Numbered from the stretch's first letter, positions 44,438-54,967 are shown. The stretch is DNA of 64,000 bases from an uncultured Erysipelotrichaceae bacterium (GCA_902785645.1 CACZZG010000010.1:2279-66278), one strand, 5' to 3'. Program-made: numbers and translations. Notes: generated from the sequence alone by a model not told the origin.

Positions 44438-44839
44438 ATGCCAGCACAAGGTAGAAAAAATGTTCATGGTAAGACCGGTGTAAGATTTAAAGCCGCGTAC
44501 ACCAAAAGCAAATATGAGAATATGCTTCGTAATGTCGTTACTGACTTAATTCTCAAAGGCACCGTTAAAGTGACAGAAGCCACTGGTCGCGATGTCGTTA
44601 AAGAAGCAGAACGCTTAGTGACATTAACTAAGAAAGAAGATGTCATGAACGCCAAACGTCAAGCCGCAAGATTTGTTAGAAATATTTCTAATGAAAAAGG
44701 CGTCTCTGCATTAGACGTATTATTCAATGAACTCGGTCCAAGATTCAAAGATCGTAATGGTGGTTACACCAGAAGATTAAAACTTGGTAACAGACGTGGT
44801 GATGATGCACCAATCGTTGTGGTCACCTGGGTTGAATAA
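44438..44839 (+). CDS. rplQ: 50S ribosomal protein L17 (divergent N-terminus)
   Basis: MLRNVVTDLI, RNGGYTR, RRGDDAP. Confidence 0.95.
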   Translation: MPAQGRKNVHGKTGVRFKAAYTKSKYENMLRNVVTDLILKGTVKVTEATGRDVVKEAERLVTLTKKEDVMNAKRQAARFVRNISNEKGVSALDVLFNELGPRFKDRNGGYTRRLKLGNRRGDDAPIVVVTWVE

Positions 44840-44859
44840 TTAATTATCAAAACAAAATT

Positions 44860-44886
44860 CCCATTAGTTCATCTAGTGGGTTTTTT
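44860..44886 (+). terminator. Intrinsic terminator of the alpha operon
   Basis: CCCATTAG-TTCAT-CTAGTGGG-TTTTTT. Confidence 0.8.
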
Positions 44887-44898
44887 ATTAGGTATGTT

Positions 44899-44950
44899 TT
44901 GCACAACTTTAGACTTAAAAACTTGAAAAGGTTGTGCAATATAGTATAAT
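44899..44950 (+). promoter_or_regulatory. Promoter with overlapping inverted repeat (putative operator)
   Basis: TTGAAA(44923-28)-16 bp-TATAAT(44945-50); TTGCACAAC(44899-907)/GTTGTGCAA(44931-39). Confidence 0.6.
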
Positions 44951-44967
44951 GATATCAGAGGCAAATT

Positions 44968-45279
44968 ATGTCTGTTTTGCAAGGTGTTTTATTTGAAGAA
45001 ATCGAAAGGTTAGAAAGAGTTATCTCAAATTACAAAGAAAAGCTCTCTTCTTTGCCGCGCGGTTCTATCTTTGTCCGAAAAATGGGCAAATCCTCGTTCG
45101 TTTATCGAAAAAGAAAAGAAAATGGTGTAGTGATTTCTGAATACTTGGGTAATTTTGATGATCAAGAAGTCAAAAAACAAATTGAATTAAGTGAAGAATA
45201 TAAAAGAGTAAAACAAAACATAAGGTCCGCGAGGATGGAATTAGAAAAACTGAAGAGGGCATATAAAGTATATGATTGA
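44968..45279 (+). CDS. Small helix/beta-hairpin/helix protein, putative DNA-binding partner of a nucleotidyltransferase
   Basis: LPRGSIFVRKMGKSSFVYRKRKENGVVISEYLG core flanked by coiled helices; overlaps the next ORF. Confidence 0.7.
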   Translation: MSVLQGVLFEEIERLERVISNYKEKLSSLPRGSIFVRKMGKSSFVYRKRKENGVVISEYLGNFDDQEVKKQIELSEEYKRVKQNIRSARMELEKLKRAYKVYD

Positions 45280-45454
45280 TAATGAAAGGCAATTAAGGGA
45301 AGTAATAAAAGTTCTTAATGAAGAAGATGTTTTAACTAAAACAATATTGATAGGTTCCTGGTGCCTTTTATTTTGCAAACAGCGGAAGAAAATAACATTT
45401 TTCTTGATTAAATCAAATTTTTGTCCATCTAATTTGCTTTATTTTAATAAATAA
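45272..45454 (+). pseudogene. N-terminal fragment of a GSU2403-like nucleotidyltransferase-fold protein
   Basis: VLTKTILIGSWCLLF resembles the hhIGSW motif of that family; the sequence becomes AT-rich and non-coding-like after about 45375. Confidence 0.55.
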
Positions 45455-45490
45455 ACTAAAATATATTCTCTTTATAAGGAGGAAATTATT

Positions 45491-47611
45491 ATGAAGAAAC
45501 TCTTAAGAATTATCCCCTTAATGGTCATGCCATTACTTTTGTCATCCTGTAATATTTTTTCATTCAATTCATTATCAAAAGACGAAAGTAGCGAATCACA
45601 ATCAAGCGATAATACTAGTCAATCTAGTTCTGATAATAACGTCTCTTCAGAAGATAGTAGTGAAACTAGCAGTTCATCTTCATCTGAAGAAACACCTGTT
45701 GGTCCAGTTTTACCAACATCCATTACAATTTCAGGTCCTACCGAAGTTAGTATTGGTGAAACAATTCAATTATCAGCGTCAGTTTTACCAGAAAACGCCA
45801 CAAACAAGACTGTGACTTGGTCACATACTTCTGTTACTGGCGCAAACTACGCGACAATCAATTCTACAACTGGTGAAGTGACTGGTAAAAAAGCTGGAAA
45901 TGTCACAGTTACTGCGAAATCTGTAGCAGATAATACTGTCAAAGCGACATATACAATTGCCGTTAAAGATATTCTTCCAACTAGCATTTCTGTTTCTGGT
46001 GCTGATCAAGTGATGGTGGGTTCCACAATTAAACTTACCGCCACAATACTACCAGAAAATGCCACAAAGAAGAGTGTTTCTTGGACATCAAGCAATTCCA
46101 CAATTGCCTCTGTCAGTTCAGGTACAGTTACTGGTAAAAAGACTGGCACAGTCACAATTACCGCTAAATGTACATCTGCTCCTACTGTTACAACTACAAA
46201 AACAATTACAGTTGTGGCTCCAACTCCAACAAATGTTACATTAAATAAAACTTCTGTCGATCTTGGTTATTCTAGAACCACACAACTTACCGCGACAATT
46301 ACTCCATCTAACGCTGATCAATCAGTGACATGGACCACAAATAATTCTAATGTTGCTACAGTCTCCAGTAGTGGTTTAGTAACCGCTAAGAGTGTGACTG
46401 GTGATGCAGTTATCACTGCGACAAGCGTTAATGGTTTAACCGCTACATGTTCAGTCCATGTTCAAGAAGAAGTCTTAGATAAACACACAATCTTTATGTA
46501 CATCTGTGGTGCGGACTTAGAAAGCGAAAATGGTCTTGCCAGTGGCGACATCGATGAAATTTTAAGTGTTGATAATCAACCTGATGACGTCAATATCGTC
46601 TTAACTACAGGTGGTTCTAAGAAATGGACAAATTCCACAATCCAAAATCAAGTTGGCTACTTAGCTAGATGGCATATTGAAAATAAACAACTAGTTTATG
46701 ATACAAGAGTTGCTAAAGCTAGCATGGGTCAAGCATCCACACTTCAAAGTTTCTTAACTTGGGGCATGGAAAACTATCCAGCCGAAAAATATGGTCTCAT
46801 TATGTGGAATCATGGTGGTGCAATGAATGGTTGTTGTTATGATGAAAACTTTGATGATGATTCATTAGTTAATCATGAAATTGCTTCTGCGATGACTGGT
46901 GCATTCAACGCTGTTGGATTTACGGGTAAATTTGAATGGATTGCCTATGATGCATGTTTGATGGCGGTTCAAGATGTCGCTGAAGTTAATAGTCATTATT
47001 TCAATTACATGGTCTGTTCCCAAGAAGTGGAAAGCGGCTATGGTTATGACTACGATGCTTGGCTACCAACTTTATATAACAACCCATCAGTTGATGGTAA
47101 TACATTAGGTCAAAAGATCGCTAAGACATTTATGACCGAACAAAGATGGATGTACAGCGAAGCAGGTTGGGGAACATGTGACCAAACACAATCAGTCTTA
47201 GATTTATCTAAGATGGCAGCCTATAAGACCGCATGGGAAAACTTGGCCTCATATTTAAAAACTCAAATTACATCTAGTAGTGCTTGGAACACATTCTATA
47301 ACAAGGTTTATACTGCGACTAAGTTTGGTAAAAATAGTGGTGTCTATCCATATGCTATATTCGATGTCAGCAGTTTCTTAACCAAGGTTATATCATATAA
47401 ATCTGGTGCTTCAAGTTATTGCAATGCGATTACAGAAGCATTAGATGATGTCATTATCTATTCTGATGATGGTGACGCCGTGACATCATGTGGCTTAAAT
47501 GCTTTCTGTCCAGGATCTAACAGTGCATATTATTCTGGAATTTATTATCAAGAAGACACCAATTTCTCAACTTGGTATTCTCTCTGTCAATATTCCGGAT
47601 ATTGTCAATAA
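45491..47611 (+). CDS. Lipoprotein with Ser-rich linker, three Ig-like (Big_2) repeats and clostripain (C11) peptidase domain
   Basis: Lipobox LSSC; three repeats of the type QLSASVLPENATNKTVTW; YICGADLES; catalytic WNHGG and YDACLM. Confidence 0.87.
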   Translation: MKKLLRIIPLMVMPLLLSSCNIFSFNSLSKDESSESQSSDNTSQSSSDNNVSSEDSSETSSSSSSEETPVGPVLPTSITISGPTEVSIGETIQLSASVLPENATNKTVTWSHTSVTGANYATINSTTGEVTGKKAGNVTVTAKSVADNTVKATYTIAVKDILPTSISVSGADQVMVGSTIKLTATILPENATKKSVSWTSSNSTIASVSSGTVTGKKTGTVTITAKCTSAPTVTTTKTITVVAPTPTNVTLNKTSVDLGYSRTTQLTATITPSNADQSVTWTTNNSNVATVSSSGLVTAKSVTGDAVITATSVNGLTATCSVHVQEEVLDKHTIFMYICGADLESENGLASGDIDEILSVDNQPDDVNIVLTTGGSKKWTNSTIQNQVGYLARWHIENKQLVYDTRVAKASMGQASTLQSFLTWGMENYPAEKYGLIMWNHGGAMNGCCYDENFDDDSLVNHEIASAMTGAFNAVGFTGKFEWIAYDACLMAVQDVAEVNSHYFNYMVCSQEVESGYGYDYDAWLPTLYNNPSVDGNTLGQKIAKTFMTEQRWMYSEAGWGTCDQTQSVLDLSKMAAYKTAWENLASYLKTQITSSSAWNTFYNKVYTATKFGKNSGVYPYAIFDVSSFLTKVISYKSGASSYCNAITEALDDVIIYSDDGDAVTSCGLNAFCPGSNSAYYSGIYYQEDTNFSTWYSLCQYSGYCQ

Positions 47612-47620
47612 AAACAAACA

Positions 47621-47646
47621 AGGGCTTCTACTTGAAGCTCTTTTTT
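47621..47646 (+). terminator. Intrinsic terminator
   Basis: AGGGCTTC-TACTT-GAAGCTCT-TTTTT. Confidence 0.7.
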
Positions 47647-47714
47647 GTAAAAAAATGTATAGCATTAACCAAATATAGTAGTAAAATAAAAATCGCAAAA
47701 GGAGCATATAAAAA

Positions 47715-48176
47715 ATGAAAGTTTTAAACAAAGTTGTTATCGGTGCTGCTGCGTTAGTCTTATTGACAGCCTGTGGTCCAAGCAAAACAACATACGCAAA
47801 ATTCCACGAACAAGCTGCAAAAGCTGCTGAAAAAGCTAAAGAAGCTACCTTCTCTAAGGTCGTTTTAAGCGGCTCTGCAAAAGATGATGAAGGAAAAACA
47901 CAAAAATTTGATAACATCACAATCAAATTTGAAAAAGGTACATTCGCAGCCACAAATATCACACACTTAGATGAAGTTGCTGCCGCTTTACTTCTTAACG
48001 GCGTCCAAGCAGTCGCTGTCCCAGAAGAAAAGGACACAACATACTATGCTGGTAACGGCTTCAAAGTTGAATACAAAGCAGAAGATGGCAAAAAGACCGC
48101 GACATGGAACACCCAAGGCTTATTAACAAGCACAGTTGATGGTGATGCCAAATTAACAGTCAAATACAGCAAATAA
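47715..48176 (+). CDS. Hypothetical lipoprotein
   Basis: Signal peptide with lipobox LTAC; AAGGAG RBS. Confidence 0.8.
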   Translation: MKVLNKVVIGAAALVLLTACGPSKTTYAKFHEQAAKAAEKAKEATFSKVVLSGSAKDDEGKTQKFDNITIKFEKGTFAATNITHLDEVAAALLLNGVQAVAVPEEKDTTYYAGNGFKVEYKAEDGKKTATWNTQGLLTSTVDGDAKLTVKYSK

Positions 48177-48193
48177 TTAAGTTAATTAATTAG

Positions 48194-48220
48194 AAGAGTC
48201 GTTGATAACGGCTCTTTTTT
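48194..48220 (+). terminator. Intrinsic terminator
   Basis: AAGAGTCGTT-GAT-AACGGCTCTT-TTTT. Confidence 0.75.
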
Positions 48221-48275
48221 GTTGGTGTATTATTTTAATATTTATATTATAATAATCGTTGTACGAGGTATTTTT

Positions 48276-48872
48276 ATGAAAAAACTTTTATTATTATTCG
48301 CATCAATGTTCGTACTAGCCGGTTGTGGTCAAAGTGGATCATGGTCAATGTCTTCGCAAGAAAAACAATCATCTGAAACAACATCCTCTAGTTCTAGTGA
48401 AGAAGTCAGTTCCGAGCCAATACCAGAACAAAAACCTGATAATTGGAAGATGGTGGCTGAAGCAGATTTTATCGTCGCCATTAATAATGCCTCAGCAAAA
48501 GAAGATCCTAAATATCCAACATGTGTTGTTAATGCCTCTTCTACAGCGATGTCTTATGAAGCTACTTATAAAAGACAAAATGACGGCACATATACTACGA
48601 CAAGTACTGATGAAAATATCGATATAGCAACTACCGCAGTGAATACACGTTTAGCAAACTTCCCATACAATAACTTAGGTGATGGTGGAAAGTACTGTAA
48701 ACCTTATTTATATGTTAGTGATATGGGTAAAACCAAAGTCTTTGTGAAAGATTCTGAAATAATCATGGACATTACATTTAATGAATATGGCTACATCATT
48801 AACTTTACAATAGCTAACGAAAATCGCGATGGTCCTGTGGCGATATTTCAAAATACTTGGTTTGATGAATAA
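48276..48872 (+). CDS. Hypothetical lipoprotein with Ser-rich linker
   Basis: ATG 48276 follows GAGG; MKKLLLLFASMFVLAGC lipobox. Confidence 0.8.
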   Translation: MKKLLLLFASMFVLAGCGQSGSWSMSSQEKQSSETTSSSSSEEVSSEPIPEQKPDNWKMVAEADFIVAINNASAKEDPKYPTCVVNASSTAMSYEATYKRQNDGTYTTTSTDENIDIATTAVNTRLANFPYNNLGDGGKYCKPYLYVSDMGKTKVFVKDSEIIMDITFNEYGYIINFTIANENRDGPVAIFQNTWFDE

Positions 48873-48879
48873 ATGAATT

Positions 48880-48905
48880 GAATCGTTGAAAAACGGTTCT
48901 TTTTT
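48880..48905 (+). terminator. Intrinsic terminator
   Basis: GAATCGTT-GAAA-AACGGTTC-TTTTTT. Confidence 0.75.
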
Positions 48906-48977
48906 ATTTATTTAATAGATTTAAATACGATAAAATGAAAAAGTAATCATTCTTATACTTATATGGAGGGATCAATA

Positions 48978-50210
48978 ATGTCCAAAAAGTACCAAGAAGA
49001 ATATGAGGTGGCTTTTTCACCACGTTTAGTGATGGAAGAAGCAAGTAGATGTTTGCTTTGCTTAGACGCCCCATGTTCCGCAAGTTGTCCAGCAGGAACA
49101 GACCCTGCTAAATTTATCCGTTCCTTGCGTTTTAAAAACGTTAAAGGTGCCGCAGAAACCGTTCGTATTAATAATATTTTAGGTGCAATATGCGCAAGAG
49201 TGTGTCCAACTGAAAGATATTGCCAAGCTGGTTGTAGTAGAAGTGGTATTGATAAACCAATCGATATTGGTCGTATTCAACGTTATATCACTGACTTTGA
49301 AGATGCTTTAAAGATGGATATCTTGGAAGTCAAAGAAGATAACGGCAAAAAGATTGCGGTTATCGGAAGTGGTCCTGCCGGTTTAACTGTTGCTGCAGAA
49401 CTCGCTAAAGAAGGCTTTAAAGTGACCATCTATGAAAAAGAAGCCAAAGCTGGTGGATATCTTAGATATGGTATTCCTGAATATCGTTTGCCAAATGCGA
49501 TTGTCGATAGAGAAATCGATCGTATCGTCAAACTTGGTGTTGATATCGTTTTGAACACTAAAGTTGGTGAAGATATTAAAGTCGAAGACTTAAGAAAAGA
49601 TAATGACGCAGTCATCTTTGCAGTTGGTTATAGCCAAGGCAAAATGCTCGATATGTTTAAAGATAACCGCAAAGTCATCAAAGCGGTTGATTGGTTAAAG
49701 AAAACTAAAATAAGAAAAGGTAATGTTAAAGTTCCAGAAAATGTTTTAGTTATCGGTGGCGGTGACGTCGCAATGGATGTTGTTACATCCTTAAAGTTAT
49801 TAGGATGTCCACATGTTACCGATGTTGTCTATGAACAATTCTCAGAATTTAGAGCGAGCAAGAAAGAGTTAATGAACGCTCAAGAACAAGGTGTGACCAT
49901 CATTGATGGTTATGTTCCAGTGGCCACAGGTAGAGGTGGAATTGTTAAATTCAAACATAGAATTTTACCTGCAGAACTCAAAATTAAAGCGGACCTCATT
50001 ATCCTCGCTGTCGGACAGGTCGCTGATGTCGATGGCTTAGGCCTTACATTAGAAAAAGGCGAAGTGAACGTGAGAGGCGTGAGAATTCCAGATACAAATA
50101 TGTTCTTCGCTGGCGATATCGCTCATGGTGAAAAGACTGTTGTTTGGGGTGTTCGCTCCGGTAAAGAAGTCGCCTTTGAAGTTAAAAGATTTTTAGGAGG
50201 TAAAAAATAA
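48978..50210 (+). CDS. preT: NAD-dependent dihydropyrimidine dehydrogenase subunit PreT
   Basis: [40 protein letters not shown]; adjacent to preA. Confidence 0.88.
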   Translation: MSKKYQEEYEVAFSPRLVMEEASRCLLCLDAPCSASCPAGTDPAKFIRSLRFKNVKGAAETVRINNILGAICARVCPTERYCQAGCSRSGIDKPIDIGRIQRYITDFEDALKMDILEVKEDNGKKIAVIGSGPAGLTVAAELAKEGFKVTIYEKEAKAGGYLRYGIPEYRLPNAIVDREIDRIVKLGVDIVLNTKVGEDIKVEDLRKDNDAVIFAVGYSQGKMLDMFKDNRKVIKAVDWLKKTKIRKGNVKVPENVLVIGGGDVAMDVVTSLKLLGCPHVTDVVYEQFSEFRASKKELMNAQEQGVTIIDGYVPVATGRGGIVKFKHRILPAELKIKADLIILAVGQVADVDGLGLTLEKGEVNVRGVRIPDTNMFFAGDIAHGEKTVVWGVRSGKEVAFEVKRFLGGKK

Positions 50211-51481
50211 TGGTTAGAAAAGATTTATCCATTACCTTCATGGGAGTAAAATTCCCAAACCCATTCTGTTTATCATCTTCTCCAGTTGGTAACTGTTATG
50301 ACATGTGTGCGAAAGCATATAGAGAAGGTTGGGGTGGTGTTGTCTTTAAGACAATTGGCCCAAAACATTATTTAATCGATGAAGTTTCTCCACGTTTTGA
50401 TGCTTTAACAAAAGAAGCAGAACCATTCGTTGGTTTCAAAAACATGGAACAAATCGCCGAACATCCATTAGAAGAAAACCTCGCTGATTTAAGAAGATTA
50501 AAGAAAGAATTCCCAAATCAAGTTCTTATTGCCTCAATTATGGGTAGTAATGAAGAAGACTGGGAAGAATTAGCTAGACTCGTCACCGAAGCTGGCGCGG
50601 ATATGATTGAACTTAACTTTTCATGTCCTCAAATGACCAGCCACGCGATGGGTAGTGACGTCGGTAGTAATCCAGAATTATGCCGTAAATACTGCCAAGC
50701 TGTTAGACGCGGTACAAAATTACCATTTATGGCGAAGATGACACCAAATATCACTGATATGTGTGATCCTGCGGTTGCCTCTATCGAAGGTGGGGCAAAT
50801 GGTATCTCCGCGATTAATACAATTAAATCCATTATCAATGTTGATTTAGATAAGAAAGTTGGTTTGCCAATCGTTGATGGCAAATCATCAATCTCTGGTT
50901 ATTCTGGAAAAGCTGTTAAACCAGTCGCCTTAAGATTTATTCAACAAATGAGAATGAATCCTAAACTCAAAGATGTTGAATTATCCGGTATTGGTGGTAT
51001 CGAAACATGGGAAGACGCTGCAGAATTCATCTTATTAGGTTGTAAGAATTTACAAGTCACAACCGGTATCATGCAATATGGCTATCGCATTGTTGAAGAT
51101 ATGAAAAACGGTCTTGAACATTACATGGATGAACAAGGCGTTGATCGTTTAGAAGACTTAGTGGGATTAGCCAATAAGAATATTATTCCTGCAGAAGAAC
51201 TTGATAGAGACTATATTGTCTATCCAGAAATCAACAAAGATAAATGTGTTGGTTGTGGTAGATGTGTCATCTCTTGTTATGACGGTGCTCACCAAGCCAT
51301 GGAATGGGATAAAGATTCCCGTCGTCCAAACTGTAATCACGATAAATGTGTTGGTTGTTTACTTTGCGGCCTAGTCTGTCCAGTCGGTGCGATTAAACCA
51401 GGTGAAAGAGTCTTAAAAGCTGGTCGTAAAGAGAAGAATCTTAAAAAGATGGTTCTTCAAGACACCATGGAAAAACTCTAA
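50210..51481 (+). CDS. preA: NAD-dependent dihydropyrimidine dehydrogenase subunit PreA
   Basis: [31 protein letters not shown], two C-terminal 4Fe-4S motifs. Confidence 0.92.
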   Translation: MVRKDLSITFMGVKFPNPFCLSSSPVGNCYDMCAKAYREGWGGVVFKTIGPKHYLIDEVSPRFDALTKEAEPFVGFKNMEQIAEHPLEENLADLRRLKKEFPNQVLIASIMGSNEEDWEELARLVTEAGADMIELNFSCPQMTSHAMGSDVGSNPELCRKYCQAVRRGTKLPFMAKMTPNITDMCDPAVASIEGGANGISAINTIKSIINVDLDKKVGLPIVDGKSSISGYSGKAVKPVALRFIQQMRMNPKLKDVELSGIGGIETWEDAAEFILLGCKNLQVTTGIMQYGYRIVEDMKNGLEHYMDEQGVDRLEDLVGLANKNIIPAEELDRDYIVYPEINKDKCVGCGRCVISCYDGAHQAMEWDKDSRRPNCNHDKCVGCLLCGLVCPVGAIKPGERVLKAGRKEKNLKKMVLQDTMEKL

Positions 51482-51497
51482 TTAATAAATTAAAGTT

Positions 51498-51523
51498 AAA
51501 CCCTCGTGTAAACGGGGGTTTTT
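51498..51523 (+). terminator. Intrinsic terminator
   Basis: AAACCCTCGT-GTAA-ACGGGGGTTT-TT. Confidence 0.75.
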
Positions 51524-51542
51524 AGATGTAGAATAAAAAAAG

Positions 51543-53936
51543 ATGGATAAGAAATTTTTAATCGAACATTTAACTCTATTTGATAAAGCGTCTCTACTTG
51601 TGGGATACGCGAATATGAAGACTAGACCAATTGAGTCTTTTGAGATTCCTCCTTTAGTGATGTCTGATGGCCCTAATGGAGTGAGAAAAGAAAATGATGG
51701 CAAAGATGCTTTGGGTAATTCCATTCATACTTTACCAACAACATGTTTTCCTTCTGGAAGTACGTTCGCAAACTCATGGGATAATGATTTATTACATAAA
51801 GTGGGTAAACAAATCGCTTTAGAGTGTCGTTATTATGGAATTAATGCCTTATTAGGACCCGCAATTAATATTAAAAGAAATCCATTATGTGGAAGAAATT
51901 TTGAATATTATTCTGAAGATCCATTATTATCTGGATATCTTGCAGGTTCATTTATTAAAGGTGTGCAAGAAGAAAAAGTCATTTCATGTATTAAACACTA
52001 CGCATGTAATAATTTAGAGAAGTGGAGATATGTTGGTGATTCCATAGTTGATTTAAGAGCCTTAAATGATATTTATCTTAAATCATTTGAAATAGCGATT
52101 AGAGAAGGTCATCCAGGAATGGTCATGACTTCTTATAATCAAATTAATGGAACATTTGCTTCAGAAAACTTCTATCTATTAAAAGATAGATTAAGAAATA
52201 AATTCAAATTTGATGGATTAACCGTCACCGACTGGGGTGGAATGGTCAGACGTGATGTTTCTTTAACCGTTGGTCAAGATTTAGAAATGCCTGGAATGAT
52301 TAAAGAAAACATTGAAAGAATCGTTGATGCTGTGAATAACAAATTCATCAATATGACCGATGTAGATACCGCAGTCGAACATTTATTAACTGCGATCGAA
52401 AATACGAGAGCGGAACAACTGACAGATGAATCAATATTTGATCAATCCATTTTAGTCGCAGAAGAAGCAGCGATAAGAGGTACGGTCTTATTAAAGAATG
52501 AAAATGATATTCTTCCACTAAATAAAGAGAAGAAATATTTAGTCATCGGTGATTTATTTGAAAATATGCGTTTCCAAGGTAGTGGTTCCGCATTAATCAA
52601 CGCGAAAAGAGTAATCAATAATAAATTAGCTTTTGATGAATATGGTGTGAATTATGAATCCGTCCGTGGATATAACCAACACAATCCATCCATTAATCTA
52701 ATTTTAGAAAACGAAGCAATCAATAAAGCTAAAGACGCAGATGAAATTATCTTCTTCGGTGGTTTGACTGATTTATCCGAATCCGAAGGATATGATCGTG
52801 ATGATATGAAACTTGAAGCTAATCAAGAACATCTCCTCACCCGTTTAGCGGAATTAAATAAAAAGATTATCTTCATCCTCTATGGTGGTTCACCAATTGA
52901 AATCCCATGTTATGACAATATCGAAGCGATTTTATTTATGAACCTTCCGGGTCAAGAGGGTGGGCACGCTTTAACAAAGTTATTATTTGGGGAAGTCTCT
53001 CCTTCTGGTCATTTAACAGAAACTTGGCCAATCAAATATGAAGACACTCCATACGCTTTAGATTTTAATTCTTCACTTAATGAGCTATATAAAGAATCAA
53101 TTTATGTGGGATATCGTTATTTCTCCAGTGCGAAGAAACAAGTCAGATTCCCGTTTGGCTATGGTTTAACATATGGTAAATATCATTATCAAAACTTAAA
53201 AGCGAAAGTGGATGATGAACTTATCAACATTTCCTTTGAAGTGGTGAATGATTCCGATATTGAAATCGATGTGGTTCCTCAAATATATGTCAGTAAAGTT
53301 GATTCCAATATTCCTCGTCCAATTAAAGAGTTAAAAACATACGCGAGAAGGAACTTAAAAGGAAAAGATAGACAAATAGTCAATCTCAGCATAAAAGTCG
53401 CTGATTTAGCCGTTTATGATATAAAAAGTGGCAATGACGTCGTAGAAGATGGTGAGTATCTCATCTATTTATGCGATCACGTCAATAAAGATTATGAAAA
53501 TGTCTCAGTTAATATCAAAGGTGAGAAGTTAGAAAGACTTAATAGCATTTACTTTGATATTGATAATATTGAACACATCACAAATGAACAATTTGAAGAA
53601 GTGATAGGTCGTAAGATTAAAGAACATGTTCCCGCGAAACGGCCATATACTTTAGAAACACCGATATTTGAATTTAATACTTTCTTCGGCAAAATCGTGA
53701 GAAAAGTGATGATTCATCAAGGTGATAAGATTATCCGTCAGGCGAAAAAGATAAAAAACGAACAAGAAAGAGCCAGGCAAATTAAATCCGGAATGTTCGT
53801 GAAGAAGATGATTACCGTGAACTGTTTAAGAAGTTTATGCTTTGCAGCATCAGGAACACTTCCTTTAAGAAAAGCGGAAGGTATATTACATCTAGTTAAT
53901 GGGCATATCTTTAGAGCCTTAAAAAAACTTTTATAG
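51543..53936 (+). CDS. Beta-glucosidase, GH3
   Basis: SDGPNGVR, GRNFEYYSEDP, KHYACN, VTDWGG, ESEGYDR, FPFGYGL. Confidence 0.92.
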   Translation: MDKKFLIEHLTLFDKASLLVGYANMKTRPIESFEIPPLVMSDGPNGVRKENDGKDALGNSIHTLPTTCFPSGSTFANSWDNDLLHKVGKQIALECRYYGINALLGPAINIKRNPLCGRNFEYYSEDPLLSGYLAGSFIKGVQEEKVISCIKHYACNNLEKWRYVGDSIVDLRALNDIYLKSFEIAIREGHPGMVMTSYNQINGTFASENFYLLKDRLRNKFKFDGLTVTDWGGMVRRDVSLTVGQDLEMPGMIKENIERIVDAVNNKFINMTDVDTAVEHLLTAIENTRAEQLTDESIFDQSILVAEEAAIRGTVLLKNENDILPLNKEKKYLVIGDLFENMRFQGSGSALINAKRVINNKLAFDEYGVNYESVRGYNQHNPSINLILENEAINKAKDADEIIFFGGLTDLSESEGYDRDDMKLEANQEHLLTRLAELNKKIIFILYGGSPIEIPCYDNIEAILFMNLPGQEGGHALTKLLFGEVSPSGHLTETWPIKYEDTPYALDFNSSLNELYKESIYVGYRYFSSAKKQVRFPFGYGLTYGKYHYQNLKAKVDDELINISFEVVNDSDIEIDVVPQIYVSKVDSNIPRPIKELKTYARRNLKGKDRQIVNLSIKVADLAVYDIKSGNDVVEDGEYLIYLCDHVNKDYENVSVNIKGEKLERLNSIYFDIDNIEHITNEQFEEVIGRKIKEHVPAKRPYTLETPIFEFNTFFGKIVRKVMIHQGDKIIRQAKKIKNEQERARQIKSGMFVKKMITVNCLRSLCFAASGTLPLRKAEGILHLVNGHIFRALKKLL

Positions 53937-53940
53937 GATA

Positions 53941-53973
53941 AAAAAGAGCTGAGCTATTGTTGCTCAGCTTTTT
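53941..53973. terminator. Bidirectional terminator overlapping the ABC ATPase stop codon
   Basis: A run, AGCTGAGC-N7-GCTCAGCT, T run. Confidence 0.65.
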
Positions 53974-54967
53974 GATCGGCTTCGTCAAATTTCTTCAAGA
54001 GATCTTCAACGGTCAATTTTTGTTTTTCTTCGCCTTTAACATCATAGATGATATGACCCATATGGAACATGATTAGTCTGTTACCATAAGTAATCGCATC
54101 TTTCATATTATGAGTGATCATCAAAGTGGTCATTTCATTTTCTTTAACAATCTTATCCGTTAATTCAAGAACCTTCTTCGCAGTTTTAGGATCTAACGCC
54201 GCGGTGTGCTCATCGAGTAGTAAGATTTGTTTTGTTAAGTCAAACTTTCTGACTTTCTTATCGAATCTTTCATAAGCCTCTAATTTGGCTTGTTTTCTCT
54301 CTTTTCGATTAAGTTTTGCGTCTTTTTTGATGTCTTTAACTTCGTTTTTATATTCTCTTAACGCAGGGATATAGACTTCATCAAACTCTCTTTCCGCGAC
54401 TTTGTGGTCTTTTTCCGAGAATCTAATGTAATCCCTTTTAACCACTTTATGGGTGGGCTTATTACGTAATGTCGCCATCAAGAGGGTGAGAGCTTGTCTT
54501 TGTCCTCCGGACATGACGCCCACCTTTTGATTTAATCGATCTTCTAGACCTAGACCAAATCTTTGGAGTTCTTTAATGAATTCTTTTTTGTTTTCTTTTT
54601 TAAAGCCCCACGCAAATGGTGAATGCCTTCTTCCTCTACGATAAGCAATCTCAAGGTTTTCTAATACTGACATATCGCCAGAAGTACCCATCATTGGATC
54701 TTGGAAGACATGACCAAACCAAGAAGCGCGTTGATGTTCGTCCATCTTGGTAATATCAACATTATTTAATAAGACTTGGCCTTCATCTGGTTTAACCACA
54801 CCCGTGATGATATTCATTGTGGTGCTCTTACCTGAGCCATTACCACCGATAATGGTGACGAATTCACCAGATTCAATTTGTAAATTGATATGGTCTAAAG
54901 CCACTCTTAAATCTTCTTTCACGCCGGTGAGGTTGAATGACTTAGTTACATTTTTAAGTTCTAGCAT
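53954..54967 (-). CDS. ABC transporter ATPase (TrpXYZ/COG1101-type) with about 75-aa insertion
   Basis: GGNGSGKST, VFQDP, MSGGQRQ, LLLDEHTAALDP, ITHN. Confidence 0.9.
   Translation of the reverse strand: MLELKNVTKSFNLTGVKEDLRVALDHINLQIESGEFVTIIGGNGSGKSTTMNIITGVVKPDEGQVLLNNVDITKMDEHQRASWFGHVFQDPMMGTSGDMSVLENLEIAYRRGRRHSPFAWGFKKENKKEFIKELQRFGLGLEDRLNQKVGVMSGGQRQALTLLMATLRNKPTHKVVKRDYIRFSEKDHKVAEREFDEVYIPALREYKNEVKDIKKDAKLNRKERKQAKLEAYERFDKKVRKFDLTKQILLLDEHTAALDPKTAKKVLELTDKIVKENEMTTLMITHNMKDAITYGNRLIMFHMGHIIYDVKGEEKQKLTVEDLLKKFDEADQKAEQQ

Noticed and set aside
45700-46470. Repeated DNA (e.g. TACCAGAAAA...GCCACAAA, TACTGGTAAAAA-like) as a CRISPR or mobile repeat
   Set aside because: The repeats are in-frame Big_2 domain copies within a CDS.
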